A DNA stretch of 64,000 nucleotides, taken from contig OZ024743.1 of assembly GCA_964016885.1 (NCBI GenBank), positions 364,932,001 to 364,996,000 of the forward strand. Direction: 5' to 3'. A program made the position numbers and the translations under genes. The notes beneath the pieces were generated by a model, which ran no database searches, was not told where the DNA came from, and saw only the letters and a program-made list of their open reading frames with translations. Shown here piece after piece: positions 1 through 15,200 of this stretch. Source of the stretch: Eledone cirrhosa (taxonomy: Eukaryota). Each line of letters starts with the position of its first letter. Positions within the stretch are counted from its first letter, which is position 1.

Positions 1-110
1 TGACTGGTACTTTATTTTATCAACCCTGAAAGAATTAAAGAGACATTAGCTTCGACAGGATTTGAATACAGACAGCAGATACCGCAAAGCCTTTTGTCTT
101 ACACTCAGCC
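1..110 (-). mobile_element. Degenerate SINE fragment, same superfamily
   Basis: ACTGGTACTTATTTTATCAACCC...GGATTTGAA. Confidence 0.6.
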
Positions 111-849
111 AATTTTTCTTCTCATCTTTCTACCAGACGGCAATCCCTGACCGTTAAAACACTTGGAACTTCAAGCCAAGCAACTGGCTGTAATTTAGCT
201 AAATCTACGCTGTCTATCTTTGGCAAAATATGTACTACACCTCTAATTTTATCTCGTTAGGTATGATGCGTCTCCACATGCTCTACACAATCAAAGTACT
301 TAACCCCCCATCAAACCTTCCCTTTGATGTAAGGCTCAATGTATTGACCATCTGCTAGTGTGAAAATACACTGATTATAGAAACAGCTAAACGGAGATAC
401 TTTTGGTAATCTTATTTTTATAATTATGTTTTCAAAATGTTTGGACTAAAACTCTTTCCAGAAGACTATAACAAGAATTATCTGAGAATTTATGGGGAAA
501 GCAGCAAAACACTGCAAATAAAACTAAAATGATTAGATTGGAGAGAGAGAGAGAGAGAAAGAAAGAGAGAAACGGGGGAAGAGAGAAAGAAAAGAAAAGC
601 GAGGTGTTAGTAAATCGAAAGGACAGACTATAAACACTGGGACATCATTATGACGTCGGTAGCATAAAGTCTTAACCAGAAATCTCCAACTATACATACA
701 TACATACATACATACATACATAATACATACATTATACATACATACATACATACATAATACATACCTACATACATACATAATACATACATACATAATACAT
801 ACATACATAATACATACATACATAATACGTACATACATAGTAACTAGGT

Positions 850-2300
850 ACCAGATGGTATCTGGAAAATAGTTATTGCAGCTTGGTTTGTGGTATGTAG
901 GTGCGTTGATGTGGGTTAATTAGGATGTAAAGGAAGTTTAAGTGGGATTCTATTGTACTTCTTGTAGTGTCATATGTATCATTGTAGTGTCATATGTATC
1001 ATTGTAGTGTCACATGTATCATTGTAGTGTCACATGTATCAGAATGTGATGTATGCAATTGAAGATCCACTAATCTAAAGGCGGAGGTTGATGGTGTGTT
1101 AAGTTGTAGCTGAGATATATAGCATGGTAGAACTGGTAAGCTTTCTGGCGGCATGCATGTACTATATGTTGATAATGTTTATGATTTGGCAATTGCTCAT
1201 TTTTAGTTGATTAAAAATAAAATGACTTAGTCAGGGGAGGAAGGGTAGGGCACATGGCATTTTTCAAGGTTGCTGAGATTGGTGGAAGGTAGTTATCTTC
1301 AGACCAAAGACCTGGTTCACATGCTTACAACAGAGTGTACTCCGTTAAATGCACTCATGAATCAAGTGGTAGTGTTAAATCTCGGATGTTTATTTAGTTA
1401 CCGACTATCAAATTTCTCCCCCATTTGAACCACATCCAAAATCACGTAGATGTGAAATAAAATTCTTAACCACACAGCTTTTGTATTTGTAGTGTTTTGT
1501 CATTATCAATTAGTGTTTGGATGTCGTATATATACACTCAGTGTAGCGATCTATGTATGTTATAACACATTCATCGTAGTTTGGCTTATCTTGCCTTATC
1601 GCGGTGAACAGGGGTCTAGTGTTCGAGCTGTGGTTTTATTTCATGTATAATTTCTATGTTAATGTCATGTGGAGAGGTGGTGAAGGTTTTCATTTTTACC
1701 AAAGTGCTTTGTAAGTCATTTGGGTAGTATTGTAAAATGTTTAGTTTTTTTTGCTGTTTATCTAAGGTCTTCTATAATTGAACTGACCTATGATCAAAGA
1801 GGTTAAAGACGTGAGCTTCCCGTGTTTTCAGACACAGTGTATCAAGAATTATATTATCTAACATGTCTTTCCCCACTAAAGATAAAAAAATATATATATA
1901 TTTGAAACTGAAACTACTGTTTAAGTATTTTAGTAATAAATACATATAATTTATGTATTTGGTTATTGGTATGTACATGTAGTATACGTAATTAATTAAT
2001 TGATGATATTTCTATGTGGAGCTAGTCAGCTCTTTTGCTGGCCAGTGTAAGTGTTGCTTCAACTGGACACAATTCTCAACCAGTCGTCCGTATGTTGAAA
2101 GCCACTTTTTCTCGGCTCTTGAATACTCAATTGATCATATATGTATCCGGTTGGTGAAGGATGTGGTCAAGCCATTGGAGTCGGTGATTCTAAATGACTT
2201 GGACAATCGTATTATTGGCTCCCAGGTTGCATACTACTACGGGATCCATTTTTCTGTCTTTCAGCGTTACTCCTGTTATAAGCATTAGGAATCACACCTC
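850..2300 (-). mobile_element. Highly decayed Penelope-like remnants
   Basis: Weak translated similarity (e.g. TLCLKTREAHVFN resembles the PLE C-terminal LKT..P.GLN); segments are not clearly colinear. Confidence 0.3.
962..1041. repeat. 20-bp tandem repeat (TTGTAGTGTCAYATGTATCA), 4 copies
   Basis: Read directly. Confidence 0.92.
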
Positions 2301-2489
2301 ATGATCTACTTACAAATACAAATAATAGAAAACGAAATTAAAGAACTAAAGCATGAGACAAATAAAACCCCTCAAAATCCGCGTTCCGTTCCTCCTCCTC
2401 CACCACCACCACCACCACAACAACAACCACATCTTCCTCCCCTCCTCTTCCTCCCCCTCCTCTTCCCATTCTTCCCCTCTCATCCTTCA

Positions 2490-2711
<222 letters not shown>

Positions 2712-3502
2712 AAAATAAGAAGTAATAGCACTCTCATGACAGATTTACTCTAATGGAAGTAATGAGTATTAGAGCAACACAGTCGGTCTATGGATACGGA
2801 GTATACAGAAGAAACATTCTTATGAATATAACAATAATAATAATTACTAAAACAACAAAAATAAGGATTACTACAACAACAAATGAAAAAAACAAAAACA
2901 AAGGAACAAGATCTTCTACCACCCTCTTTCCCTCCTCAGCAACAACCATAACAAAAGTAATAACAACACAACAAATACAATAATAATAATAAAACAACCG
3001 GAAATAAGGAATAAATAGCAAAGTACATTGGAACTGAAGAAGTTCCAAAGGGATTGAATAAAATATACCCAGAAGTATAGTTAAGCTCAATGGTTCAAGA
3101 TGGGACTTGAACTGATGAATAGTTTTAGTGTATTAGTTTCAAAACCTGTGGGAAGAAGAGAAAGAAATAAAGGAAGAGGGGGACGAGAGGAGAAGGTGGA
3201 CAGGAGGAGGAGGAGGAGGAGAACAACAGATGTACAATAATGCAATGATAACAATGACATAAGGAATGCCTTTTCTTTATCAACAATACTTTACTCTCAA
3301 CCCTCTCACTCTCATGTGTGTATGTATGTATACACATACACTCACTCACTCACACTCACACACATACACATACATATATATATGCATGTACAAATTGAAT
3401 ATACATGTATATGCGCGTGTGTGTAAGTGTATGAATATATATACTTACACGTGCACACACATGCATGTTCAATTTGTATATACATACTTTTAATATATAT
3501 AC

Positions 3503-3562
<60 letters not shown>

Positions 3563-3565
3563 GTT

Positions 3566-3629
<64 letters not shown>

Positions 3630-3667
3630 CGTTTATATACATATATATATATATATATATATACGTT

Positions 3668-3725
<58 letters not shown>

Positions 3726-4199
3726 CAGATACATATATATATGTATCTTTCGTATTTGTACACACACAATTACACATACACACATACACTCTCCCTATAT
3801 ACATTTACACACACTATCTATCTCCCTCTATATATACACTGTCAGCAAATAATGCACACAGAAAAGCATTTACAACAGACAACTGCATCTCTTGAGCTCT
3901 TCATCCACCTTTTTATCTGCAATTTCGCACATAAAAGTGGGATTGCACTTATAAGACTAGTTTACACAACAGATTGGAGAACAGCTCTGTTGATATAATG
4001 TATATTAGACAATATCACAGCAGAGAATTGACAGAAATATAACGGATGTCTTTCGACTAAAAAACAGAAAAACACACCAAGATCTGTGAACAAAAGTAAG
4101 TGTAGAATCCCTAAAAGTAGAAAAACTAATATTAGAAAAATAAAAAGAATTAACAAAACAAATAAAATAAAATAAAATACCACCTGCAGCAACAGGCGA

Positions 4200-5330
4200 C
4201 TGCTATTGCACTGCTCGAATATAAAAACATAATCTTCAAAAATGCATGATGACCATCATCAATAACCCAAGAACCACTAAAGAGGAGTGGACCATTGGAA
4301 AATATTCAAACTCAATCCCAATGTATATTTTTTTATTTGCCACAAAATATAAGGTCTCTCTCTCTCCACTGTTGGCCCTCTGATTGAGGAAAATAACACT
4401 CTCCATGATGGTGTTAAAACAATGGGTGAGCTACTGCAGGATCTATACTGCTTTGTTTTCAGCAATCCTGATATGGATGATCTGGGCTCTATCAGTAATG
4501 TAAACCCCTAACACACTATATCTAACATAATGTTTGGCACCCCTAATAACTTAGCGGCAATATACAAAGTTAAATGTAACTCAGTAGTAGGCCACGGTAG
4601 GTTCCTTGCTAGTGTCTTAATGATTTTTTAACACCAACTAGCATCTCCTCTAGCTAATCTGTGGAAGAACTCACTGGATGCTGGCTATATCCCTGAAAAT
4701 ATTCTCTCAGTCTGTCGTCTCTGTTTTCAACAAGAGAAACCAGGCCCTTGCAGTGAATTACCGTCTGACCCCACTCACCTTTTATATAATTAATGTAAGT
4801 GAGAGATCACGAATAACCTGTTGAACTCCAACCATAAAATCTTAAAAGCTTTGGGAGAGGCTCCATCACTGATGTTAATAATTTGATTTCAGCAAAGCCT
4901 TTGACAGGATTGATCATAGCATTCTGTTGAAGAAACTACCAATCATTCGTGTCATACTACGATGAATAAATCCCAGCATGCTGTGGTCGAAGGAATACGA
5001 TGAAGCTCAACCAATGTCAGTAGTGACGCCCCAAAGGCACCGTGTTGGGCAAATCTTTTCATTATTTATACCAATGACATTATTGACGTCATCAAGCACA
5101 GCTGCATAAGAATCATCGCAGATGATTCCAATCTCCAAAGTAAAAGATAGGTCATATCTTCGATCTGCTTGCTGTTATCCAATGGGCGAAAAATAAAACA
5201 ACATGCTGCGAAACGAAGATAAATTTGAACTAATCCACTTTGGAAAAAAGATGCAATGAATTTACCTTATTCTCACATACAGGTCTAACAAATTAGTTCA
5301 GAACATGGTTAAAAATACATTCTCAGGTAC
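4200..5330 (+). mobile_element. Decayed CR1/L2-like LINE RT remnant
   Basis: VNYR, DFSKAFDRIDHSILL, GTVLG, IADDS; many stops and frameshifts. Confidence 0.7.
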
Positions 5331-5361
5331 AGTACAATTATTCAAATTCCTATCGTCTACA

Positions 5362-5990
5362 CCAGTGTTTTTTAACCACGACTCATTTTCGCAAATAAAT
5401 ACTTCTCCATGTCCCCATTATCAATATTTAAATTTAAAAAATGCAATTTCCAAATATTTATATCATTAATATTTTATACATGTTTCGTTGAAACATTCTC
5501 CAGTTCTTGTTTACAGGAAATGTTGTGATGTAGCTTCCCTTATGTATTCTATGAGAATTACAAAATGTTGGTCCTCGCGACTCTTAGAATTACACCGCTT
5601 TACAGGGTCTCCCAGAGAAATTTCACAAGGCGGAACAAAGCTGCTTTCGAGATCCCATTGTGGTAGTAGGACTTCTTTCAAAATACGCGGGTTTCGAGGC
5701 GTTTTTGAAAGAAGCCCATCAGTTATCCACCAGCTCCTCCTTCGTTATTCACTGTACTCCGCACCCCAGTTTGACTTGCAAAAAAGTGCTGCTCTATGCA
5801 GATGAAGTTTTTTGATATGGCTTGATATGTATGAAGAATATCACCGAGAGAACATGTGTGGTTCTAACTGTACCGAAGCTGATTAGAAGAGGCGATTAGA
5901 AACTATGTGGAAATTGCTATCTTTCGGTTGTTTAACACGCATATCATCACTTAAGGTTATAACACTAGAATTGTTTTAGAGCGAGGCATG
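5362..5990 (-). mobile_element. Decayed hAT (Charlie/Buster) transposase remnant
   Basis: Terminal CAGTGTTTTTTAACC; translation HLHRAAL and PRNPRIL resembles the C..HR.AL / N.R.F region. Confidence 0.45.
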
Positions 5991-7542
5991 ACATGTTTTC
6001 CTGTATAGAATTAGTTCACAGATGCAAATATTCTGGGCACTGTAGAATATCTTATATTGAAGAAAGTTGTGATTCACACCCAAAACTACTTCGACACGAG
6101 CCGGGCGTTGTCACAAAACTGAATTCTAATACAAGCAAACCGAGAAGAAAAAAAAACAGCAATAACAACAGCGCATTGATAAACAATTAAAGGATTTTAT
6201 TTTACGCTGTCTTGTGTGTGTATGTTTGTGTTTGTGTGTGTGTGTGTTTGTGCGTGTGTGTGTGTTTGTGTGTGAGTTTGTGTGTGTGTATGTGTGTGTG
6301 TGTATGTATGTGTGTGCGTGTATGTATATATATATATATATTAAAATAACAGATTAAAGTTAAGCAAAGAATTGCTGCTTTCACCCTTAACAGGATCTTC
6401 TGAAACTAAAAAAAAATCAATCTGTAAACGCAGAAGTAAATATTTCGAAAAACGTTGCAGCCGAAGGAAAACAGGAAGACGATATTTTGGTTCGTGAAGA
6501 GGTTCCATGGCAATGAACGGAAAAAAGCGAAGATAATACGTTGTTATGTGGAGCGATGACAAAACCAAGTTTATGGTATAAATGGAGTCATTAGACTAAT
6601 ATTCTATTTAGGAACGCGAATAATTCTCGGCTTCGGAGTTAAGAATAATGTAAATAAATTAGTTGAACGAAAATGACAGAGGTTATTAAAATCATGAAAG
6701 TAATAATAATTAAATATATATATACATACATCTATATACGTACATACACGTGCATACGCAAAAAAACACACGCCATGGATGTATATATATGCACGTACAC
6801 ATAAACACGCGCACACGTACGTAATCCTGCACGACACATATACCCGCACACATACGAACGTATACACCAAATATATATATAAATATGTGAGTGTGTATAC
6901 ATATACTTATATATATACATATATATATATATGTGTGTGTCTTCGTGTGTTTTTCCTGCTCCTGTTTCTTTATATTACAAAACCAAAGAATTAAAAAGAC
7001 GTGTAAATCAAATATAAAAGAACAATGAAAACAATTATATTCCACAATAACTGATGGTAAATATATCCAGGTGTTATCCTCGTTTGACCCATATACCCAG
7101 TAATCTGGGATAAAATTTAAAAAGTAAACTTAATAAAACGAAATAAAACAAAATTAAAAAAACAACACAAATTTCAGGCGTCTAATGACGTCATCATTTC
7201 ATATCAGTTTAGTTTTGTTATTATTTGATTTTTGCACCATGTCTTCTAATATTTTTTCATATTTCATTTTTAATTATTTTTTGTTATAAGTAGCGTCATT
7301 TAATTTTTATATTGGAGCTCATGGATAACCTATTGTGCAACTGGTATCATTTTTTTCAGTTCAGATAATATTTTAAGATTTTAATTTTTGAAGGTAAGAA
7401 AATATGATATTAAATTATGATTTAAGTAAATTACAAGTGACCATCTGGCAAAATCCCTCTGTATATATATATATATATGATCCCTAGCGGATTGCTGGTG
7501 AGTGGGATGTTGATTTTATTGTCGTCTGTGTTCAATTTTCGA

Positions 7543-7586
<44 letters not shown>

Positions 7587-7607
7587 ACACACACATATAT
7601 ATATATA

Positions 7608-7940
7608 TAAAATTGAAAAAGTGGAGAATAACAAGGTCAACAGTACAAAAAAGGGGATTTATTTGCAGTCTAACAGTTGTTTCACTGATAGAGTTGTCTA
7701 AAAATTGCTGAACACTAAAAACAGTGCCACTCAATTTTAAATACGATGTTAACTCTACTAGATCATCAGAAACTGTTTCTGATGATTTAGTAGAGTTAAC
7801 ATCGTATTTAAAATTGAGTGGCACTGTTTTTAGTGTTCCGCAATTTTTAGACAACTCTATCAGTGAAACAACTGTTAGACTGCAAATAAATCCCCTTTTT
7901 TGTACTGTTGACCATGTTATTCTCCTCTTTTTCAATTTTA
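7608..7940. repeat. Near-perfect palindrome, 166-bp arms, 1-nt spacer
   Basis: Axis at 7774 (TCATCAGAAAC-T-GTTTCTGATGA); about 4 mismatches between arms. Confidence 0.97.
7775..7880 (+). ncRNA. Type I hammerhead-ribozyme-like motif with a 79-nt helix II region (mirror copy on - strand at 7668-7773)
   Basis: GUUU-CUGAUGA(7779-85)...UAGAGUU/AACUCUA stem...GAAAC(7865-69)-AACU-GUU-AGAC. Confidence 0.68.
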
Positions 7941-8083
7941 TTACTCCAAGATAAACATACATAGGAATACAAGTGCAATCATAAACTCGTGATCTACGTA
8001 AACCTCTTGTTGAGTCAAGCAACGCCGTACGATAAAACTATCCATAATAAGAAGTATTCACAACCTCTAATTGGATTACCTAT

Positions 8084-8241
<158 letters not shown>

Positions 8242-8242
8242 G

Positions 8243-9135
<893 letters not shown>

Positions 9136-9147
9136 ACACACACACAC

Positions 9148-9218
<71 letters not shown>

Positions 9219-10109
9219 TGTTGTAGTTTGCTTGAAGCATTGATGAATAGGAAATATAAATTTAAATAATTTTAAAAAGCCATACAATGCATTAGAAAAT
9301 TAAAGGTGCCAATAGAATCATACCTTAACAAATTTAATAATCCCAAATATTTTCGGGTTTAAAAACTCATTATCAAGGGAGTAACTCTGTATAGCTTCTT
9401 TCTCATAGGTGATTTAACTCGTAAGTATTGTGCTGTAATTACAATACAATTAATTCTCGTTGATTCAGTTAAAAGGAGAGGAAAAGGGGCGATGATTTGA
9501 TAGAACTAAGGAAACAATGTTTTCATTAGTCTTTCCACTGGTGATACTATCTATTGGACACAACTCTTAGCAGAAATAGAAACGTGAAATAAAGTATTTT
9601 TCTGAAGGACAAAACGTGCCGCTCTTGACAAGAAATCAAACCCACGACCTTTTTTTATCGCAAGTCCAACACTATAATCACTAATTCCCGTTTACCAGGC
9701 TGTAAATGTATGTACGTATAATCGATTCAACGATAAGAAATTTTCTCTTGCACCTTTTTCTATAGCTGGAAAGGAGTAGTGCCCAGGATTATCGAAGGCT
9801 CTCCATTCAATGTTCATAGAAAATACATGAATGTTATATATTTCGGTGGATGCAGACAAGACAATGCAATTAATTATCATGCAATTAGGAAGTTTGCATG
9901 ATAATTAAGAGGTTTCAGGTTTGATTCCTTTGCGCGATAAATTGGACAAATGCTTTCTGCCATACCCTCGGGTTGTTCAAAGCATTCTGAGTGAAATTTA
10001 GTTGATGGAAATTGTATCGAAAGAACCGTACCCGTTTTTGGGTAGTAGATGTTACCTATTCGCCCAATTAATACCACTATCTAGCTCTTGTGTATCTTTA
10101 GTGGTTTAA

Positions 10110-10296
10110 TGATAATTGTTTCTACTTTAGGCACAAGGCCAGCAATTACCCAGTGCATTACTGGTACTTTATTTTATCGACCCAGTAAGGATGAAAGGCA
10201 AAGTCAACCTCGGCGGGATTTGAACTCAGATCGTAAAGGGACGTAACTATGCTGGAAAGCATGGCGTCCGACCCTCTACCGATACTGCCAATCCAA
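10110..10296 (-). mobile_element. tRNA-derived SINE, same family
   Basis: Matches the unit at 25341-26135. Confidence 0.85.
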
Positions 10297-10898
10297 ATGA
10301 TAATTTCGTCCAATCCTCCCATCAGTCACCGAGGCTCCGAAAACTGTTGTGGGCACTGCCGCTCACCCCTGACCAAGTCATAGCAAAAGATTCTCTGCCT
10401 ATTTATATTTCCTAATTTATACAAGTGTAATAAATAATTCGTTTTTGAGTTGGTTATATTAATTAACCTACAAGAGAGTGATTTCCATACATTTCTGGAG
10501 TGTATTAGTTTATTTATTCCAGTGAAATAAAATAGCTGCCACTTGACGGATTTGACACTTCAGGAATAGAGCATCTCTCCATAGTGGCTGGATTTACTAG
10601 AAATATAACACCATGTCGTCTTAAACTTCGATAGTCATTTAGTGCTAAATATCCTACTCAGGGGCGAACTGGTAGAAACGTAAGAGAGTTCACCTGCGTT
10701 CTATGTAGTATTCGCTCCGACGATTTGAGTTCGAATATTTCCGAGGTCAATTTTGCTTTTCATCCTTTAATATATGTAATATTGAATTATCGTTACTTAA
10801 GACGGTAGGGGTAATATTTGAAGGGGATGTGGCTGTTATTTCTAGCAGTTCATTCTAAGACGATGGCATCCATTTCACCAAATTGGGTGAAACAAAAA

Positions 10899-11021
10899 TT
10901 CTTCTTCTTCTTCTTCTTCTTCTTCTTCTTCTTCTTCTTCTTCTTCTTCTTCTTCTTCTTCTTCTTCTTCTTCTTCTTCTTCTTCTTCTTCTTCTTCTTC
11001 TTCTTCTTCTTCTTCTTCTTC
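10899..11021. repeat. (TTC)n microsatellite
   Basis: Read directly. Confidence 0.97.
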
Positions 11022-11401
11022 ACGACGGATATTAACAATTTTGCTAGTTTTTGAAAAAGTTTTTTTTATTATTTATTATGCTTTTTCTTTTAAAACATAT
11101 TATGAAGCCTGCGGTTGAAATGGCTGGGGTGGTGGTGGTGGTGGTGGTCATAACTCAACTCATTTTATTTATTTTATTGGTTTTGCTAAATTCGTCTGAT
11201 TTTTTCAAGTAAAACATTTTTTTTTTATTTTATATATATATATTTTAATAGAAATAAGCCACCGCATGCTTTTAGTACGTCAATAAAGCTTGTCAGCTAC
11301 TGATGTTAATGAGCATAGAGACAATGTCAGCTAGTAAGGTAGTAAGATATAATAATATAGATATTACTGATTGGTTGTGACAGCTTGGGTGGTATTAGAA
11401 G

Positions 11402-11469
<68 letters not shown>

Positions 11470-11739
11470 GGATAGTGATGGATAGAGAGGGGAGAGAGAG
11501 AGAGTGAAGGAGAGAGAGAGAGAGAGACGGAGAGAGAGAGAGAGAGAGAGAGGGAAAGAGAGAGAGAGAGAGAGGGAAAGATAGGGATAGTGATGGATAG
11601 AGAGGGGAGAGAGAGTGAAGGAGAGAGAGAGAGAGACGGAGAGAGAAAGAAAGAGAGTGACAAGGAAGGGATAATGAGTGTGTAAGAGAATGAGAAAATT
11701 AGTGCGTGTATTATTCATCCATCTATCTATCTACATGTT

Positions 11740-11778
<39 letters not shown>

Positions 11779-11785
11779 CACACAC

Positions 11786-11841
<56 letters not shown>

Positions 11842-12299
11842 GCACACACATATTTATATATATATATATATATACACTCACACACGCGCACACACACACA
11901 AATATTAATAGAAAAAGATTGAATGAAGGAGTATATAGAAGGAGACAATGCTGTGGACGAAAGCTAAAATGTAATATGAAACAGTAACGGACTAGACAGA
12001 GTAAGAGTTAGATAAATATGGAGAGTTAGAGAAAGAGAAAAGCGAAAGATAGTGAGAGAGGGAGAAAGAGAGAGAAGGGGGGGGGGGGAGAATGTGTGAA
12101 AGAGAGGGGGAATGAGATATAGTGAGACAAAGAAACAGATAGAGATAGATAGATGTAGAGAGAAAAGAGTGTGAGTATGTGAGAAGAGTATGAGATGTAG
12201 AAAGAATGAAGAAAATAAGACAGATTAATGTAAGTAGGGTGATAAAGATAAAGTGATAAAACAAAGAAAGAATAGGTAGATAGTTAGACAGATAGGTAA

Positions 12300-15200
12300 G
12301 TAGATAGGTAGGTAGATAGGTAGATAGATAGATAGATAAATTTCTTTATTAGCCACAAGGCAAAAGAAGGGGACGAATACAAATGGGGAGTTTACATACA
12401 GGTATATGAAAATAAAACTATTAATAAAATAACAAATAACAATTGAAATCCCCACTAGGGGGGAGGCGTTACACAGGGGTTGTACACACCCCGAAAAAAT
12501 GTACAACCCTCATCTCCAGGAGCACCAAAAGTGAGTACTTCCCTCCTCTCTTGTTCTTTTTCCTCAACCTACAGGCTTATATAGAGAGAAGGCCCAATCA
12601 CTCGGGCCATTCTCGCCACTTTCACCCACCTTTTATAAAATTTGCTGGGGTACAGTACCTCTCTCTCCATCCTGATTCTTCTTCCAAAATGATATTTGAA
12701 AAAGTGAATCAGTTGTTCGCCGGAGAGAAAGGTGTCTGACCTCAGCCCTTTTAACCTCGTCCACCATATAACCTCTTTCACCATAGCCATAACACATAGG
12801 AAAACCGCCTCTCCTTCGTTTTTGAAGGAGGATAGCGGTTTGATCATGACAATGGACTCGGTGGTCAACTGGATTGGTCCCACCCGCGACAATAGTCGTT
12901 CTACATAGCCCCACAGGTCAGTGACGCCCGGGCAGTGTATGAATGCGTGCGCGACGGTTTCTTCGTCTCGCACGCACCTCGGACAGATCTTTTTTGCAGG
13001 GTCCCTGCCCGGGCGCCCATGTCTGTAGAGCTTGTCTCGAACTGGTAGAGCTCCTCGGTAGCACTGCCAGGCCAGGGACTTTTGGAAGTTGTCCATCGGT
13101 CCCGGGCGGAAGGTCTTACCGAACAGACTGGCCAGTTCGTCTTCCTCTACGCCGAGAGTTTCTCCGAGCGCGTCGTCACACTTGCTGCGGACCAACCCCC
13201 TATAGAATGACGAAGTGGAGTCTCCACTGATCGCCGGGTCCGTTTGCCAGAGGACGGTGAGCGCCTGAGCACATTCGATGTGCCAGTCGCCCATTTTCCT
13301 CGGTCTTTGCTTGACCCAGGACTGCAGCACGGTCAGCGAGACGAGTCGTGAGAAGGCTTGCCTCACGAACGGGGCCCATACCGGTTGCCCGGTGAGGAAT
13401 ACGTGGAGGTGCCGCAGCCTGAGCGCGTGCTGGCGCATCGTCAGCGACGGCATACCCAGCCCTCCGTTGGAAGGGTGTTGGCAACAGATGAATCTTCTCA
13501 CGAAAGGAGCCCGTTTCTTCCAAAGGAATTGGAAGAGCGCGCGCTCCATTTTGGTGAGCGTTTTGGCTGCACAAGGCACGACGGTCAAGCGTTAGTAGAT
13601 GACGGACGCTATAAAAGTGTTCGCCACCTCCGCTCGACCTTCCAAGGATAGTTTGCACTCGGCCCACTTCTGGGTGATCGCAAACATCTTGGCCGTCACC
13701 TCGTTCCAGTTCTTCTCCATCTGGAGGTCCAGACCAAACCAGACCCCGAGCAGCTTTACCAGTCCTTCCGTCCAGCGTCCGACGACGCCATCGGAAGGCA
13801 TCGGTTTGCCTCTCCACGATCCGAGTTACAAACCGACGGATTTGTCCCGGTTCAGCTTCGCTTCTGTGAACCTTTCGTATTCTTTCAGTAAGGTGCCGAC
13901 CTCCCCGATTTGCGAGGTGCTCGACACCATTACTGTTACGTCGCTTTTCGCAGCCCCGGTTCCAAAGGGATGCCCTGCAATAGCTCCAACTTCCGCAGTA
14001 GTGGCTCGAGAGTCAGTACGTACAGAAGGGAGGAGAGAGGGCATCCCTGTCGGATGGATCGCGTGATATGGAACGGCTCCGAGAGGGAGCAGATGTTGCT
14101 GCTGTGAATTGCAGCAATCCAGCCCCTCAACACGAGTCCGAAGCCTGCCGCCTCGAGCACCACATCCAATTAACAATGGTCAACCCTATCGAAAGCCTTA
14201 GACTGATCCAAGTTGATCAGGGCCCCACCGAAGCCGGGTTTACACCCTACCCTCTCTATGATGTATCGCATGAGATGGAGGTTGTCGTGTATGGACCTGG
14301 TCAGGATTGCGCATGTCTGCGCTTCTCCCACCAGGTTTTTGACGACAAGCGCCAGCCTCTTTGCCAACACCTTGGCCAAAATCTGTAACTCTGTGTTTAG
14401 CAGAGTTTTGGGTCGGAAGTTTCCTATGTCATCCGCCTTATTCTCGTCCTTCCTGACCAACGTGACTACGCCCTTGGTCACAGAACTGAGAATTCTCCCG
14501 TTCTGCTGCCAGTTGCAGTAGACCGCTTCCAGGAGACCGGAGAACAACTCCGGCATTGCTACGTAAAATTCGTAGGGTAGACCGTCAAGACCTGGAGATT
14601 TCCGTTTGCCGCATTGGCTCAGCGCGTCCCCTATCTCAACGGCCGAAATCGGCCTTGCAGAACTTCGCCTTGCTGTTTGAGAGTCGCGGCAGGCCGTCGA
14701 GGTATGGATCGAAATCCATAGCCCCTCCCGGAGTGCCGCCCTGCCCGAATAGTTGAGCAAAGTGCCGCTGAAAGGCCGCGCATATCTGCTTCGGCTCACG
14801 TATCACGCATACGTCTTGGTCCTTCAAAGACCGAATCGTGGAATTGTTGCCACTCTTCGCCTCCGTCACTCGGGCCCAGCTAACAGCTTTGTCTCCAACT
14901 CTTATATTGGCCATGTTGGTACTGAAAAGTTAAAAGAAGAGGAAAAGAAATCACTCACCTCATCGTCTCCTGGGGACCAGGCTGCAAAATTTCCATGGGG
15001 GTGTTGGCGGGGTTGTTTGGTGGGGTGGTGGTTTCTGGCGGGGTGGGGACGGAGATGTTTGGTGGGCAAGGAGTGTCTGGTGGGATGGGGGTGCCTGGGG
15101 TGGGGGTGTCTGGGTGGAGGTGGGGAAACATTTTAATAGGACTCGATTGTAGGGTTTGACGCAGGGGTTTCCTATGTCGTTAGGAAATTTTCCTTTTAAC

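Noticed and set aside
7516-8022. ORFs giving the same peptide on both strands
   Set aside because: This is a direct consequence of the DNA palindrome
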